DNA of 62,998 nt, filler included, from Choristocarpus tenellus KU-1152 (GCA_964200185.2; 8 parts of 8 records of this genome joined end to end with filler, not necessarily neighbours in it); one strand, 5' to 3'; shown: positions 11,901-25,685, numbered from the whole stretch's first letter. Notes: generated by a model from the letters alone, not told the origin. A program made the numbers and translations.

Positions 11901-14900
11901 TGGTCAGGTTAAATGGGTGTATTGTGCAGAAACAAAAGAGCTTGCCCACCAAAATCTCAAGCATTATGGGGCAGCCTGCACCAATACATGATTCTTCTCC
12001 CAAAGCCCTCCAAAACTCCGTTCCAGTACAGAGTTTGAACGAATCCACCAGGGCATTCAGAGGGAGTTTGCCCGCCTTTTAGCCTTTTCCTCACTAAGAT
12101 GGGGAATTTTGAAGGCGTCATCACCCTTGGACCCCATCACTCCACGATAGTCTGCGAAGAAGCTCTGCCAGACACACTCTAGTGCCTCCAAGGGGTACAC
12201 ATCAAACTCCTCCATTGTGACCTCTACCAGCTCCTCTGTGTTGGTCACCCCACGTCTTCCTTCAGATACTGCATGGAATGAATATTCCCAGGTCGTCGAT
12301 GTAAAGGTCAGGTGAGTTGGCTGGCTGGGTCTTTTTATGAATATACGCCCCCCATCATCTCCTCCATCGCTTCCATCACCCCCCTCTTGCTGTGTGCTTT
12401 TGCCCTGCCGTGCTGCACAAAGATGATGTGCCCTTCCGGCCTAGGCTTGCAGGCCTTGGTTTGCAGGGATGGCATCCTCGAACATGAGCGTCTTGCACTT
12501 CTCCCTGTCCAATGTGGGTGGCACAAGCACTTGGTGCCCTTGAGGAGGTATTTGCTGCAGCACTGAGCGACCTTAGTTTCCACGATTGGCCAGATCGCAA
12601 TATTCCCATCAATCCACATCCCATTGAAGAACACTCTAGGACGGGCCACAGTGCAAGTAACATCAACTTTGTAATCTAAAGCTTATTATTTTCCCATAGG
12701 GGGTAGGGGGAGTCCTCAGTGGGGTGGAGGTACACACCTTGCCCATCTTTGAGGATGCAGAATCACTTCTTGTCCGCATGTACTCATCCATATAGATCGT
12801 CCACTAATACCCCACTTCCCCCCCTCCTGTGCATGTGACTGATGACAAAACCCACCCTGTTGACTCTCTGCTGGTGTTAGAGGACTGGTTTAATCCACCA
12901 CTTCACCTTCTTCACCTTCTCGCACTTACACAGATCCCACAACGAGGCTAGGGAAAACCCCAGCTTTGGGCACCCATTTTGCAGGAGGACGTACGGTGTC
13001 CTGATGGGACATCCCAAGTGTCAAGGATATTTGCACAGCGCCCAAATCGCCCCTTGCGACATTGTACAAGGTCCACACATTCCCCCCGAGTGATCTGGCT
13101 GCCATACTCATTTACATGATGGAACACTGTGAGTCGGGAAATCCCTAATTTCTCCGCAGTGGCAGCCCCTGTCCTCTGACGCATCCGAGACTCACGCCCT
13201 TTTGCCTCCAGATATCACGCCACAATGCTGCTCTTTGTCGGGGTGTTTGATTCTGGACCTCATAGACATCTGGGCCAAAGACTTGGGACTAACGGGTGAT
13301 GACGGGGTGAGTCTCTTTAATCACGGAGGGCCTCGTTCTAAGCATCCCAATAAGCCCCCGCTTTGACAGGTTCAAAAAGGTTTTGAACTCCGTCAATTGC
13401 AACATTTTTTTCCAGAGAGACTTCTGAGTCGAAGACTTAGGACTAGCAGGTGAGGATGGGGTGAGCAAGCCTCTTGAACGACAGAGGGCCTTCGTTCTTG
13501 TCATCCCATTAAGCCCCCGCTTTGTCAGTTTAAAATAGGTTTTGAACCTTGTCAATTGCCACTTGGTCGACTTTGCACTGGTGGCCCTCCACAGTCATGA
13601 TAGCCCACGATCTCAAACTTTGCACACCTCCCAACTTAGATGAGAACTAACCCTCATCCAGAGGATTTATCATGTTGGTCTTTCCCGGGCGAGAACGGAG
13701 CTTGAAAATGTTATGTTAAATTTTATTCCATACTGAGGAAGTAAGACACAAATGGCACTACCCTTAGCCTAGAAAACATTCATAATGACTGTGTCTCCAT
13801 TGGTGCTTCTTTTTTATTAGAGTGAATACTATCTACTCCACCAGGTAGAAGCAACATACAACAAAATCCTAAAACAAAAAGTAACTCACACCTAGTCAAA
13901 ACACCCCTGTATCCCCCTCCTAACCATAGGCATCAGGCTTCTCTGCTCATACTACCCTCTTGTTCTGATCACCTCCCTTCTTCTGACCCCACAATAACCT
14001 GAGTTTAAATCTGTCTAGATCTTCTTGCCTTTTCTTTCCGCTCATCCTCCCATGCAGGGGTCCATGCCTTGATCACACCCATTTCCCCTGAGGCAGTGTA
14101 CAACCTGCCCCATGCCACCTCCACAGCTGTCACTCCTCCTTGCTTTTGCACCTATTCAGCGAAACAATGTGAGGAATGTGATTGCCTGGTTAGATGGGAT
14201 GCTTGAGTAAAGGGTTGTGGGCAGTAGTTTGACTCAACGGCAAAAATGAAGATCAGAAAAGCAGTGGTGTGATTGTTAAGTGAATATTCTCATCTACTAT
14301 TTTCAGTACAAAGTTCCATCAATACCTAAGCTTTCCAGTAATGAGTACGTAGTCAATTGCTGGATACCCCAATTCAAATTGACAGAAGAGAGTTCCATTC
14401 AGGGTCTTTGCAATTTGTCAACTCATTCCAGAAAATTGATCCTGCTGATTATCACATGATATTGAATCAGATCGAAAATGTAACATTTCTCTCAGTTGTT
14501 TCGACCGACATGAATGTCTTACATTTAGACCGTGGATGTATTGGGATGGGGGCTGGTATGGTTAGCACACTTGTCCTCGGTGGTGTGATTGGGTTGGTTC
14601 ACACAACGTCATATGGAGCGATTCTCTGGCCTGGATAATCTCGACTTAAACATTAGGAACATGGTTAGTTTCGAATTCTGTATCTGTTGGGTTAGGATTA
14701 TGACTCACTCTCGCTCCTTAGAGTGTTTCATACTTCAAAATATTGCCTGCCTGAATGGCAATCAGGTTCAAGTTGTTGTAGATTACGATGGGTCTGTAAC
14801 CGATCATGTAACAACAAGGTAGCTCTGAGTTGCTAAGGATAAAATGGGAAGTTACCAATGTATTTTGGATACTAGGGTTAGATGACCACAAAGTAAAGTT

Positions 14901-17900
14901 AGGACTAAGGCTACGGAAACAGTGAATGATGCTGGAGAAAGTTGCCTAACCCTAGAGTAGATTGTCAGGGAAAACAATTTATTGTCTGGGCCTTCAAAGG
15001 CAAGAAGGACAATATCACCATATTCAGAGGGTTTTGAAGTTTTCAAAAGTTTCAGAGTAGCACAAGAAAATTGCATCTGTAACCCAAAATACAATTGGCA
15101 CACCAAGGATAGAATAGAAGAGTGTGTATTACCAGGTACCGGAATCCAGGCTTCCAGACGTCTACAGCAAAGAACTTGCTGTCTGTACGGATGGGCAGGA
15201 TGGATACGTAGCCTGAGGCATCTCCTGCCAGGAGATGGGCGGGGGGAACCACTTCCTGCCTCACCAGGTGTGATCCAACCACATAGGTGCAGAGCAGAGT
15301 CAAGGAAACTTGTCTGTTTGGTCATCGGTTTCGGCTTAGTTTGACCTGAATGTGATTTACTCAGTCGTCCATTTGTTCTTTGCTGAGATGGTCTGGTCAC
15401 ATGCATTTCATTTTTGCATCTTCCAAGATTACATTTGTAGATGATGGGGTTGGGCTAAAGTATCCGTGAAGTCTTGTCATTGTCGTTCATTTCGTATGAG
15501 ATTGAGATTCTAACCTCTCTACCTTGCCCTGACCTACAATGTAGTATCTTTGACGTTTGTCAAAGTTCATCTAAAGCTCGTTTTGTGGCTTGGAATGATT
15601 AGGAAAATGTATGGCCACTCACAACTAAATGTATGGATCCGAAAACTATATATTCTCAGGTAGGGAGGGGTGCCGTTGCTCTATCTTAGTCTATGTGCTG
15701 GAGATACCTCTAGGAGTATATTTGACTATCCGTTACTTTGCCACAGGCTGCCGAAATAATCATCAGATAATTTGCAAAGAAAAAAGTTGACATTTTTCTC
15801 AATTCAAGACCATAACATCTGTAAACGTCTGACAATCACCTTCTACCAGCACCAGAGATAAAAAAAAAACACCTCAATCATAGCATGAAGCTGTTGCTGC
15901 CATGATACTTCTTAGTGCAAGAATATTTTGCCAGAGGCAAGATTGAGGTAACTACTGCATGTTGCATCCCGAAAACTTGATGCTTTCGGCCTGCAAACCT
16001 CCTTCACATCCTGATATCATAAACTTTCTTTCTTACCATAGCTAGCTAGAGTCAGGGTTATGTCCTTTCCCATGACACGAAATTCTTGATATTGCCTCTT
16101 GTTCGCTTGCCCAAGATTATTGCCAGCATATATCAATTATGTACCTTGTGTTCATCAACCTCAATGCAGGCCGCTAGAAGGCCTAAGTCATAGCTTGGGT
16201 GCCAGGTGGTAAGGCAGAGGATAGGTTTGGATGCAAACATGCTTGTAGCCACATTGGCGCTTTGTGCTGATGTTCCACTTCCCTGCCTCCACATCTTGAT
16301 GATCCCATCAGTGCCACCAGTGAACACAAATGACTGGCCGTACCAAACAATGCAGGTCTGTAGAAAATTGACAAGATTATCACTAGCTGAGTTTGATTGC
16401 GTTGCTGGAGGAGGGGGAGTTTTTTTTTATTTTCAAAGTCCTTTCAAATCGTCATCCAAATATACTCGCCTTTCCCACCATATTTCATACTCAGAATTTT
16501 TTGGGTTCAGTGACAAAGTAGATATTGCAAAATAAACAACTTATGTAACAATTTTCTCCTCATCCATAAATTTGCTTACTATGTTTCAAAGGGTAAAGAT
16601 GTTCCCCATTGTATTATCATGCTGAGTTTGCCAAGTGTCCCTCTATTTTCCACAGATAGGTAAGTTGTTCCTACCCTTATCCTAATGACGTCTCGATTCC
16701 TTCAAATGGACAAAAGAAGACACCCACCTATTCCAAATTGAAATATGTAGTCTTTTGATGACCTTTTTTAACTCTATATATTCCTCAATCAGCCACCATA
16801 TTTCTTTTGTCCCCCTGCAAAGTTCTTGTCAACTCCTGTAATAATTGCATAGTATAAGCTTCAACAATTCTTTCCCACCTATGAGCACTCCAAGTCAACC
16901 CAAAGAAACCCTAAGCTTTAAAACCACCAGTCTAACGAACACAGGTACATTATACAATATAACCCAGTGTTTATCTTCCGCTATTCCAGCTCACCACTGC
17001 ACCCTTGTGCCCTTTCCCAATATTCCCAGCCTTGACTGTTTTGGCAGGCTTTGGACCTCGCTTCCCTTGTGCATGCATTGCCTATGTCCAACAATGAGGT
17101 GGGTTGAGTCTTCAGTTTTTGAGGAGGAGAGATGATGAAGTTTGCAGTCTACAAGTATGCACTTCCAATTGCTCCACGTACAAGATAGGAATGGGTTGTC
17201 TTGAGTAGACAATGTCGCGATTATTTTGTGATTTGGTTGCTTACGTCGGATGAATACTGTAAATGCACTTTTCCTGATTTTGGTCCAAATGGACACTCTA
17301 ATGTAGACCCCCTCCTCCCTCTCAGATACTTTGGGTCACATTTTTTTGTATAGCTTGTTTTGTACTACTTTATGTCCATTATTTCCAAAATCATAACGTG
17401 GAGAGTGAAAAAGCTATCTTAGAGGGTACGAGTTTTGCCCTGTTTGTCCATTTGGGGCATGACTTCCCATGGCGTTTTTTTAATGACATTTTCCTGCTCC
17501 AAAATGTTTCGGAGTAGGCAAAAAGTATACGTTATGAAAATGCGTGTCCGACACATGGATATTGACACTTCCTAACAAACACGATAGCCAAAATTACATC
17601 AAAATCGCAACATTGGATTTTGGTCCCCAAATGGACAAGGCCCTACCCTCTAAGATACTTTGGCTCTGGAGTGTGTTGTGTGATTGTTTTTTTCCTTCTT
17701 CTGGTGCGTAGTGGACATCTTACCTGAACAGTCTGTTTCCATCCAATCAAATCCTCATTAAAAAAGCGAATAGTGCCATCCTCGCAGCCAACACAGACTG
17801 ACCGTCCTTCAGGATCACAGGCTAAGCACAGACCCCGCACAGTTCGCCGCTCCTTCGGCCCCTTCACTTCGATAGACTGTACTAGATCGTGCTTACCTGA

Positions 17901-20052
17901 TATGCGTGTAGGATGAAGTAATGGAGCTGGACGGATTAAAGGAACAAACCTGCAAGGAGTCAAAGTATCTTAGAGGGTAGAGCCGCGTCCGTTTGGGGGC
18001 CAAATTCCAATGTTGCATTATTGATTAAATTTTGGATATCGTGTTTGTTAGGAAGTGTCAATATCTATGTTTTGGACACACCTTTTCATAAGGTACACAT
18101 TTTACCTACTCTGAAACATTTTGGAGGAGGAAAATGTCATAAGAAAACCAATGGGAAACCAAGCCCCAAGTGGACAAACAGGGAAAAACTCGTAACCTCC
18201 AAGATTCTTTCACTCAAGGACAGAACATATGTTGGAGTGAACCTCATCCTGAGACCAGTGCTTTTGTCAAGACTACCGCAAAAGAATGCATATATATTTC
18301 TTACCTTGGACTATTTGTTCACCAAATTGGGATGAAAAATTGATACTTCTAGACCACTTGTTTCAAAGTGCAGGGTTAACCCTAACCCTAACCCTATTGC
18401 ACTATCTTTCAATTCACTCCTCTAAGCCATACAGTAGAAAATAATTAACCATGTCCTCAAGTGTACACTCTATTTTTCCAGGTGTCTGATCAATCCAATG
18501 CTTTGCATTCACCCTGGCCAAACTGCATTGCCCATACTTGTCCGAAATATCAAGTTAGAGAGAACAGCAACTCCACCAAAAATATTAGCTGCGTCTCTTG
18601 TGTGGGGTTGCATAACATACGGACCCAAAGTATCTGAGAGGGAGGAGGGGGTCTACATCAGAGTGTCCATTAGGACCAAAATAAGGAAAAGTGCATTTAC
18701 AGTATTCATCCGACATAAGCAACCAAATCACAAGAAAATCGCGACATGAAAAATTGACCCCAAATGGACAGCCGTCACCCCCTCCCAGATACTTTGAGCC
18801 TGCAAAATCGTCTCAAGCACCGACTCTACTCTGTAATAGCTTCCGCCTCATTTTTCATTGGACTGCTTTGAATTTTTCCGAAGAAGAACTTTCTCCTTCC
18901 TGCCAGTGCAAATCACGCTGCTAACTTTCAAATGCCTTAAGAGGCGTTGGTCCGTCTCAGGCGCAGGAGAAACTTGTACGGTCTATGACTTCATTCTGAG
19001 TAGCTGGGACTATTGATTGGTGTCAGAGAGTGAGAGGGACAGGCAATGCAAGTGTAGCGAGAAAGATACTAATGCTATAACCGGTTGACATTTGAGGCTA
19101 TCGCTTTAACACTATTTTTTCCTTTCAGAAATCGAATACGTTGCTATGGCTCTGCAATTGCGTCTATTGCAAGAACTTGTCCTATGTACTCGGAGTGTGT
19201 GCGTAGATAAATATGTTAACCATTGTCAAATCAATAGAGATATATTCCACTCTATGTAGACTTCAAAGTCCTTGTCCATGGAGTGGTCGTTTAGCATTTG
19301 TCCATCTTATACCTCTCCGTAACAAGAATATATTGTTGGTGACCTATATTCGAAAGTCACAATCTTGAGCACCTTCATTAAGGGTCGTCCCCTTCATATG
19401 CTTTGAAGGCTTTCCTTTGCGGAAGACCTTGAGTCGTCTTCCTTCAGTTGTGCAAAATATCCACTCTCCACTGGTGCTGGCCGCCAACCCAGTTATGCCT
19501 GAGCCTGATCCATCATCTATTACCTGCAATATCAATTGCATGTTTGTTGGATGGATGAGAAGAAGTTAGTTTTGGCATCACTGCATCTTTTAGGAAACGA
19601 TTCCTGGGTGAGAAGAGAGGATGAGCTATTTCAACCCCGGAAGATCGCATACGGGAGAGAAAGTACAAGGCCAGTTCCTAATGAAAGTAGGTTCTTTGAT
19701 TTCACCATCAGATGCTGTAGCAAGTAGATTCATAGCTTATTCGTAAAATTGATGGGTTTACTACCCATCATATCAGCAGTGGTGAAAAAATGTGGTGTGC
19801 TTGATACAAACAAGAGATATTTTAGGCACATTGAGACAGTTGGGTTACAACTGCAGAGACCTCAATAATGCTGCAAGGATCAATTCCGTTCTGATAGGTT
19901 CAGCCAAAGTTCTTTGTCCTGTGAGCTTCTTGGTCAGAGAGTGCCCAAACCAGGCTGAAGTATACTCGAGCAGATGTGAGTCTCTTTCACCTCACCTGTT
20001 TGACTACCAAGCTCTCTGGGTCCCACGTAAACTCTTGGTACTCCGCTCGAAC
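8923..20052 (-). CDS. WD40-repeat protein, partial; exons about 19996-20052, 19373-19523, 17724-17896, 16145-16357, 15133-~15257, 14029-14151, 10804-10875, 8923-9634
   Basis: Repeated WD-type strands: VCVGCEDGTIRFF, FVFTGGTDGIIKMW, LLAGDASGYVSI, LYTASGEMGVIKAW, HSGPVTGIKYVK|GLMFSASADLSIITW, HNDCVSCMVVAGDRVITVDHSGRMIV. Splice sites are mostly canonical with compatible phases. Confidence 0.75.
10230..10482 (-). mobile_element. MITE type B variant
   Basis: GACCCAAAGCATTT...AAATGCTTTGGGTC; reverse homolog of 4178-4439. Confidence 0.8.
11012..11188 (+). mobile_element. MITE type A (followed by an extra terminal fragment ~11200-11235)
   Basis: GACCCAAAGTATCTGGGG...CAGATACTTTGAGCT. Confidence 0.85.
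12040..13269 (-). mobile_element. Decayed Tc1/mariner transposase of the plant Soymar/Osmar-like type, inside a WD40 intron
   Basis: Frameshifted motifs in order: HTH (TAEKLGISRLTVFHH), HADKK*FCILKDG (cf. IDEKWF), VARPRVFFNGMWIDGNIAIWPIVE (cf. VARPR..FDGKIGIWP), FVQHGRAKAH (cf. QQDNARPH), QPANSPDLYIDDLGIF (cf. QPPNSPDLNVLDLGFF). A possible end ACTGAGGAAG|TA lies at 13732-13743. Confidence 0.82.
13278..13559. repeat. Two diverged direct copies of an approximately 125-bp segment (period about 155 bp) upstream of the mariner ORF
   Basis: aagactt..ggact...catccc..taagcccccgctttg.cag....tttgaac...gtcaattgc occurs at 13278-13400 and 13432-13559. Confidence 0.8.
17214..17337 (-). mobile_element. 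MITE type A, truncated
   Basis: Near-identical reverse complement of 18622-18746. Confidence 0.85.
17403..17666 (+). mobile_element. MITE type B
   Basis: TATCTTAGAGGGTACG...CCCTCTAAGATACTTTGGCTC. Confidence 0.85.
17957..18215 (-). mobile_element. MITE type B, TSD AAG
   Basis: GAGTCAAAGTATCTTAGAGGGTA...CCTCCAAGATTCTTTCACTC, flanked by aag/aag. Confidence 0.85.
18622..18800 (+). mobile_element. MITE type A (another partial copy at 21178-21232)
   Basis: GACCCAAAGTATCTGAGAGGG...CCCAGATACTTTGAGCC. Confidence 0.85.
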
Positions 20053-22458
20053 CTGTAGAACAATTGTCAAGGATTGCTTCAGCAGTTTTTTACTGGTACA
20101 GTAGAAGATCCCCACAGAACCAGGATGAGGAAATACTACCTATGTGGTGTTTAAGCATGGTGCCTAACCCTGAGCTTGATCGAACCTCTGGGATGGTAAT
20201 AATATTATCTGCATCATAGGTGCTTTGGCAGGATCTCTATGCTGGTTATTCGATATGAGACGTACTCATAGCTTCTGCATATTACAAAAAAAAACAATCT
20301 AGTTTCATCACTAGCTCCGACCACAATTATCGTCAATGTTATGACCAACGAAAAACGCCGGAGGACAATGACAACTTAGGAGAAAATCAATACATCTATG
20401 GAGCACTAGTAGAGAAACATACTACTATCAGTTACAGAAGGTAAAGGGTTAGGATTTCACTGTGCTCGAGTGAATATGTTTAATATACCTGAATATAGAA
20501 TTTCTCATGTACAGTCTGTCTTGGAATCAATATATTTGGGCAGAATATTTACTCATACTCCAATCACCACATCTTGGATCCATATTTTTAGGAATATTTC
20601 AACCTCAACTGATATGTTACATAATTTCTGCTTTTTGGAGAGTAGTTTTCTGCATACAGTGCCACATACACCAGCTCCTCGATATGTCTTTATGTATTGC
20701 TTACTGGAAACAGAAGGTCTTCAGCTGTTGATATTAAAATGCAGAGCCCTTCATGCTCACCATTTCTACTTTGGTCTGAACTTCCCTGAGTGCCATTATG
20801 TGTTGTCTCAGTGACGTCAGACTTTCCAGGAGTCCTCGATCCCCCACATTACTGTCAAACACCTTGGCTATTAACTGGGTGTCGATGCACGAGGGAAACA
20901 CAAATTTATATTGACGAGAGAATGGGATGTCAGTAAGCGATGACTCATTGTTGAGCCAATTGGCTTATCGGAAAGCTTTGCGGATGTTTACGCCAAGATA
21001 GACTTTTCTACATTGGCACGGGGATGACGATATTGATTATTGAAGCATATATATATATATATCTTTAAGATTGAAGGAGAGGGGATGCAGTTAGGCAAAT
21101 GCACTGCATATATCGTATATCATGTACGCACTATTACATCTATGACGTGTTGGCTTCTACATTTACAAACTCCTCATGCCTCAAAGTATCTGGGGGGGGG
21201 GGTGGGTGTCCATTTGGGGCCCATTTTTTCCANNNNNNNNNNNNNNNNNNNNNNNNNNNNNNNNNNNNNNNNNNNNTTAATTAATTAANNNNNNNNNNNN
21301 NNNNNNNNNNNNNNNNNNNNNNNNNNNNNNNNGTATGCTTTCAACTGATAACATATCTGATGCTAGTATCACTTAGAAGCTCTCACTGTTGTCTGTTTTG
21401 TCCTGTTCATTGTATACATCCTTTTATTCGTTACCAAGATCAATGTCAAAGAGTAGGTTGACGCCGCCTCTGGTATGAAGATTGGCCCCTATGAAAGATG
21501 ATCGCGAGATCTTCTCAACGTAGTAACTCCTTTGTGACTAACCTTACCACACAATCTCCCTTTACGAATTCTACAACCTAGCCTTGATCACTCTGTGCAT
21601 GATCAGTACCACTAGTCTTCACTACTGCTTTTTTCCCTAACTACGAATTAAATGATACCACTGCTATCCTATCCATGCCTTGATCATCTGTTTTTCGTGG
21701 GTTCAGCCATCCCACTACTCATCCCTCCACCAAATTTATTTTATTATTAGTGAGACGTGACTTTGTTCCTTTAGATAGAGCATGTAGGTGCTGGTAGCAG
21801 TAGTAGTGTATTGATGGCATTAGAATAATGGTGCAAGTTGCTTTTAAAGAAATATTTCGATCTAGGTATAATTTAGTAGTGTAGACAACAGTATGTCCCA
21901 ATACTTGTCCTGAACCTCCTCCCTTGTACTGGACACACATTACCACTTCAATACCGATTGCTACTCTATGTTTAGTAGAACATGCTGTCAGGGGTGAGTG
22001 AGAAGTTGCAATTTAAATAATGCAAAAGAGTAGTGCACCAAATTACTGGATCACATGGAAAACAGTGCAGAAAATCAATCTACTGCATCATTATTACGGT
22101 AAGATAGAGAACTTGTTGTACTGAATGTATTACTTCACAAAGATCTTTGCAAGAACAGCTTTGAAGTGAAATGGTTTTCAGACAGCGTTCTACAATTTTC
22201 CTTTTAGTTCTATCACCGATATTCGCTTGTTCAAACCTGGTGACGATCAGACATCAAGGAGTATGGGATCAACAGATCATGTGGCGATCACAATTGAGGA
22301 GGTAAATACTTTTATCTTTGTATCTTGTCTGTCAAAAAACCTTCAAAAATCCCCTAAAAATGATACGCTTGTGATGGTACGACTTTGTTGCAGGCAGTCT
22401 AGAACTACTCCTGAATCTCTAAAAAACTGTACATAACGAAATATTCCTGTCACCAAAG

Positions 22459-25400
22459 TTACACAACACCCACTTTTTCCTCCTCCAAACAACGCAAACA
22501 ATTGCAGAGAAAACCATAATCCTCTAACAATGCCCGTCTCTCATACAAAGCCAAATTATTATCTACGTAACTCTGACACAACTCCTCCCCCTCCTCTATG
22601 TCTTGTGTAGCAATCACTGCTGCTACCATTGGTAAAGACTTGTTTTCACTCCTCCCTGATCCAAACATATCTTTTGACATTCGATCAGGATAGCGCACAA
22701 TACAGTTAGGCAAACAAGAATGGTTCATACAGCAAATTAACGAATATAAAGCTGTTCCATCAAGTGGTTGGAACACTTCATCTGAAGCCTGTTTTAGACA
22801 CTTCGGAAGACTCTCTACAGCACTCTTGAATGTATCTCCAGGTGAATCTGGTCCACGGTCCTCAACCTTCAACGATCCTCCACTCCAACATTCCTTTTCC
22901 TCCAAAGGATCACTTGAAGACTCTTTCAAACAACAGTCAACGTCCTCATCTTCACTGTCCTCTAACACCATCTCCAACAATGAGTGCACCTCCAGGATCA
23001 ACCCAGCTACAACAGAATTGTCCTCTGCGACATTCAATGCTAAAGTAATAGCCTCTTCAAGGGGAGATGCAACTCTCACACCCACATTGTTTTGTTCAAA
23101 CATTCCCACCACCCTACCAAAAGCCTCCTTACACAAAATTTTCTCAAACTCTGGGAAAGGAGGCAAAGCACTCCGAAGAAATGCTGAGGACTCTTCACAT
23201 AGCTGAGCAAGTGTACTAGGCAGAGCAGCAGTATCTCCCTCTCTTGCCACTGCTACATCCCACCAAGGCTCCTGTACAAAGTCTCGGAAAGCCTCCTGTG
23301 CTTTAAATACATCACCATTATTGAGGAAAGTGCTGACAACTTGACAAACAACCTCAGCGACAAGCAGAAATATCTCATTTGTCTTCATTGCATGTACCTG
23401 TTCAAAAGTAAAATTGTTACATCCAACGGAAACTCTAAGTCAAAAATTTGCTGTCTCATTAAGTAAACATCTCATCTCTACCTGTGTAAGTTACAATCAA
23501 GAACAAGATCATAGTTTAATGTTACTCTAGACAATAGCAACATTAAAGCATACTGCTAGCATAGATGGGTGTGTTGGATATGATGTAGAGGAACTTGGAC
23601 CAGACCACTCACACGGAAGGCCACAAGAGGGTGCGTCATTGCCTCCTCTTCTGGTACGGGTCCAACACACAGCAGACCATGGCATCGTGTAAAGTGCTCA
23701 TCAGTACATGATGGGGAGCAGTACACTTCCCCACAACCACCAGGACACTCGTAAACACCTCCAAAGACACCAGGTAATCCATCCTACAAAAGTAGGAGCA
23801 CAGCCAGATCATGGTTAGGCGTAGTAACATCATAAACTAGTGATGTAGTAACTTATATGTATGCTTGTTAAAGTAACTTTTACAAGTCTACTTGTTTACA
23901 GGTCAATTGAGTAAGGGCAAAAGGCTCAGCAAGTGAAGGAATATTCATCACCTTCAGCCACGAAGGACATGAAGTATGAATAGCGTATATACTGATGTTC
24001 ATCATAGCCCCTGCCCTAACCATCACTGGAACTCTACACACGATTCCCTATCACAAAAATTTGACAGTAGAGAGGCATCTTGCGGAGATGCACGTAAGGA
24101 CCTATTGATGGTTTTATCGATCAATGTACTAGAAGGAAAGTGAATTATACAGAGGGAAACCTACAGTGGACTACCCAAATTTCAGTGGTGATATCTTTCG
24201 GGGGAAGGGATGGATTCAACAGTATCTATTTTTTTCCTGGAGAAGCATTGGAGACTTTTTGTCCGGACTGAAAATGTTGATCCCATGCAGTACTTCCCAC
24301 GCAGGCCCTGAATTATTAGTGCAAAAGTCGTGTATTCTGCCCAATCGAGTATTTCTGCCACAGCAGCAACTGTTGGGAGTCGACACTGTCCAAAATCAAT
24401 GAGGAACATGGAACTGAAACGCGTTGTGTACACACCTTGGGTGCTTTACTTTGGCGGTGTAGGAAATTACCAACACACTCATTCCTCGGAACCCCTGCCA
24501 GAAGCTCCAGCTGATGTGATTAGAGAACACATTTGGTAACAACAAATACATGAAAAAAGGTTAGTGATTGTGCGATAGATAAGACCCAGTGAATCGAGTA
24601 TAAACTTGCTGAGGATGAGGCGAGCTTGTGCCAGTACACACTACTCGACCAAACGGATTGTAAGTTCTTTTGATGATTCAAAGTCATTCATAATTTATCT
24701 ACTCTTACTAAACAGGAAAATCATGCCTCTCACGTCTCATGGAGAATCCATCCACAGATTTATCAGGGATAGTAGTATCGTATCCCTAAGTCCTCATGGT
24801 ACTAAAAAAACTACAAAACGTCCCCAGGGCAGTGCGTGCTAGCGTTGGACTACCCGACCAAATCTTGACATTCACCACAGTTGTGATGTTCCTTACGTGG
24901 GTTATAATGTCACCAATGAAGGCCAGGCAGTTCCTGCACACTAGAACATCTTGGGTGTTGGGCAAGCTCTGCATTGCGGCAAGAGGCCTGTACAACCGGC
25001 ACGAAGAAGACAACGGAATAATATGATCACTCTGAGTGATAACTTGAAACGGGAATAAAATGCGAAAAATGTTGGCACAAGTAGCTGTGCCAAGTTGGGT
25101 CAGCACCTTTTCGATGAAAATACCAAAAGATTGACCATTACGATAAGTGTCCCACCCCGAATTGCCGTGTCCACCAATGGTCGACCCGACAAGCGGGTGA
25201 CCTTGGTGAGTCGGTGGTATGGAGAGGATTCAATATTCGCGCCAAAGAACGCCTGCACCGTGTACTGATGTATAGCACGGCCGGCTGCCTGAATTCTGGC
25301 GCGGTATAGTGCTATTTGCTCGCACCATGAACGAATGTTTATACTAAAACGCATGCGCAAGTTCCAATGATACGCCACATATTGATGACGCACATGGCGA

Positions 25401-25685
25401 GGCCTCGAAAAATTAAGATTAGAGGAGATATATCGTAGACCAGTACGTGGGTCATATTTACACACCTGGTGTTAATAGACTCTTCTCCTATGAAAGATGT
25501 TTCTCGTCCAGTGTTGACGAGGTTATGAGCGGGCGCAGTTGTTGTGCCCACCTCTCATGGAGCAAGGTCTCCCCAGCTTTGAACGCCCTGCTCGCGAACA
25601 ACCCTCTGCCATGCGCTTCAGTGGAACCGATGCGCACACCGCTTACCTCGCATGCATACTCGTCCACACCTACTTGGTTGGACAT
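22459..25685 (-). CDS. SMYD5-like SET-domain lysine methyltransferase, complete; exons ~25552-25685, ~24897-24987, 24436-24510, 23613-23783, 22459-23397
   Basis: N-SET HGRGLFASRAFKAGETLLHERP; split MYND-like cysteines (CRNCL; CPGGCGEVYCSPSC..H..LC); C-SET GTALYSLICCMNHSCLPNC and ATQDIEEGEELCQSY; post-SET YGFLCNCLRC. Phases are compatible. Confidence 0.9.

Noticed and set aside
25100-25465. 121-aa ORF / GC-richer stretch in SET intron 1, possibly an ncRNA or extra exon
   Set aside because: The flanking exons splice in phase without it, and no recognisable snoRNA, tRNA or protein motif was found.
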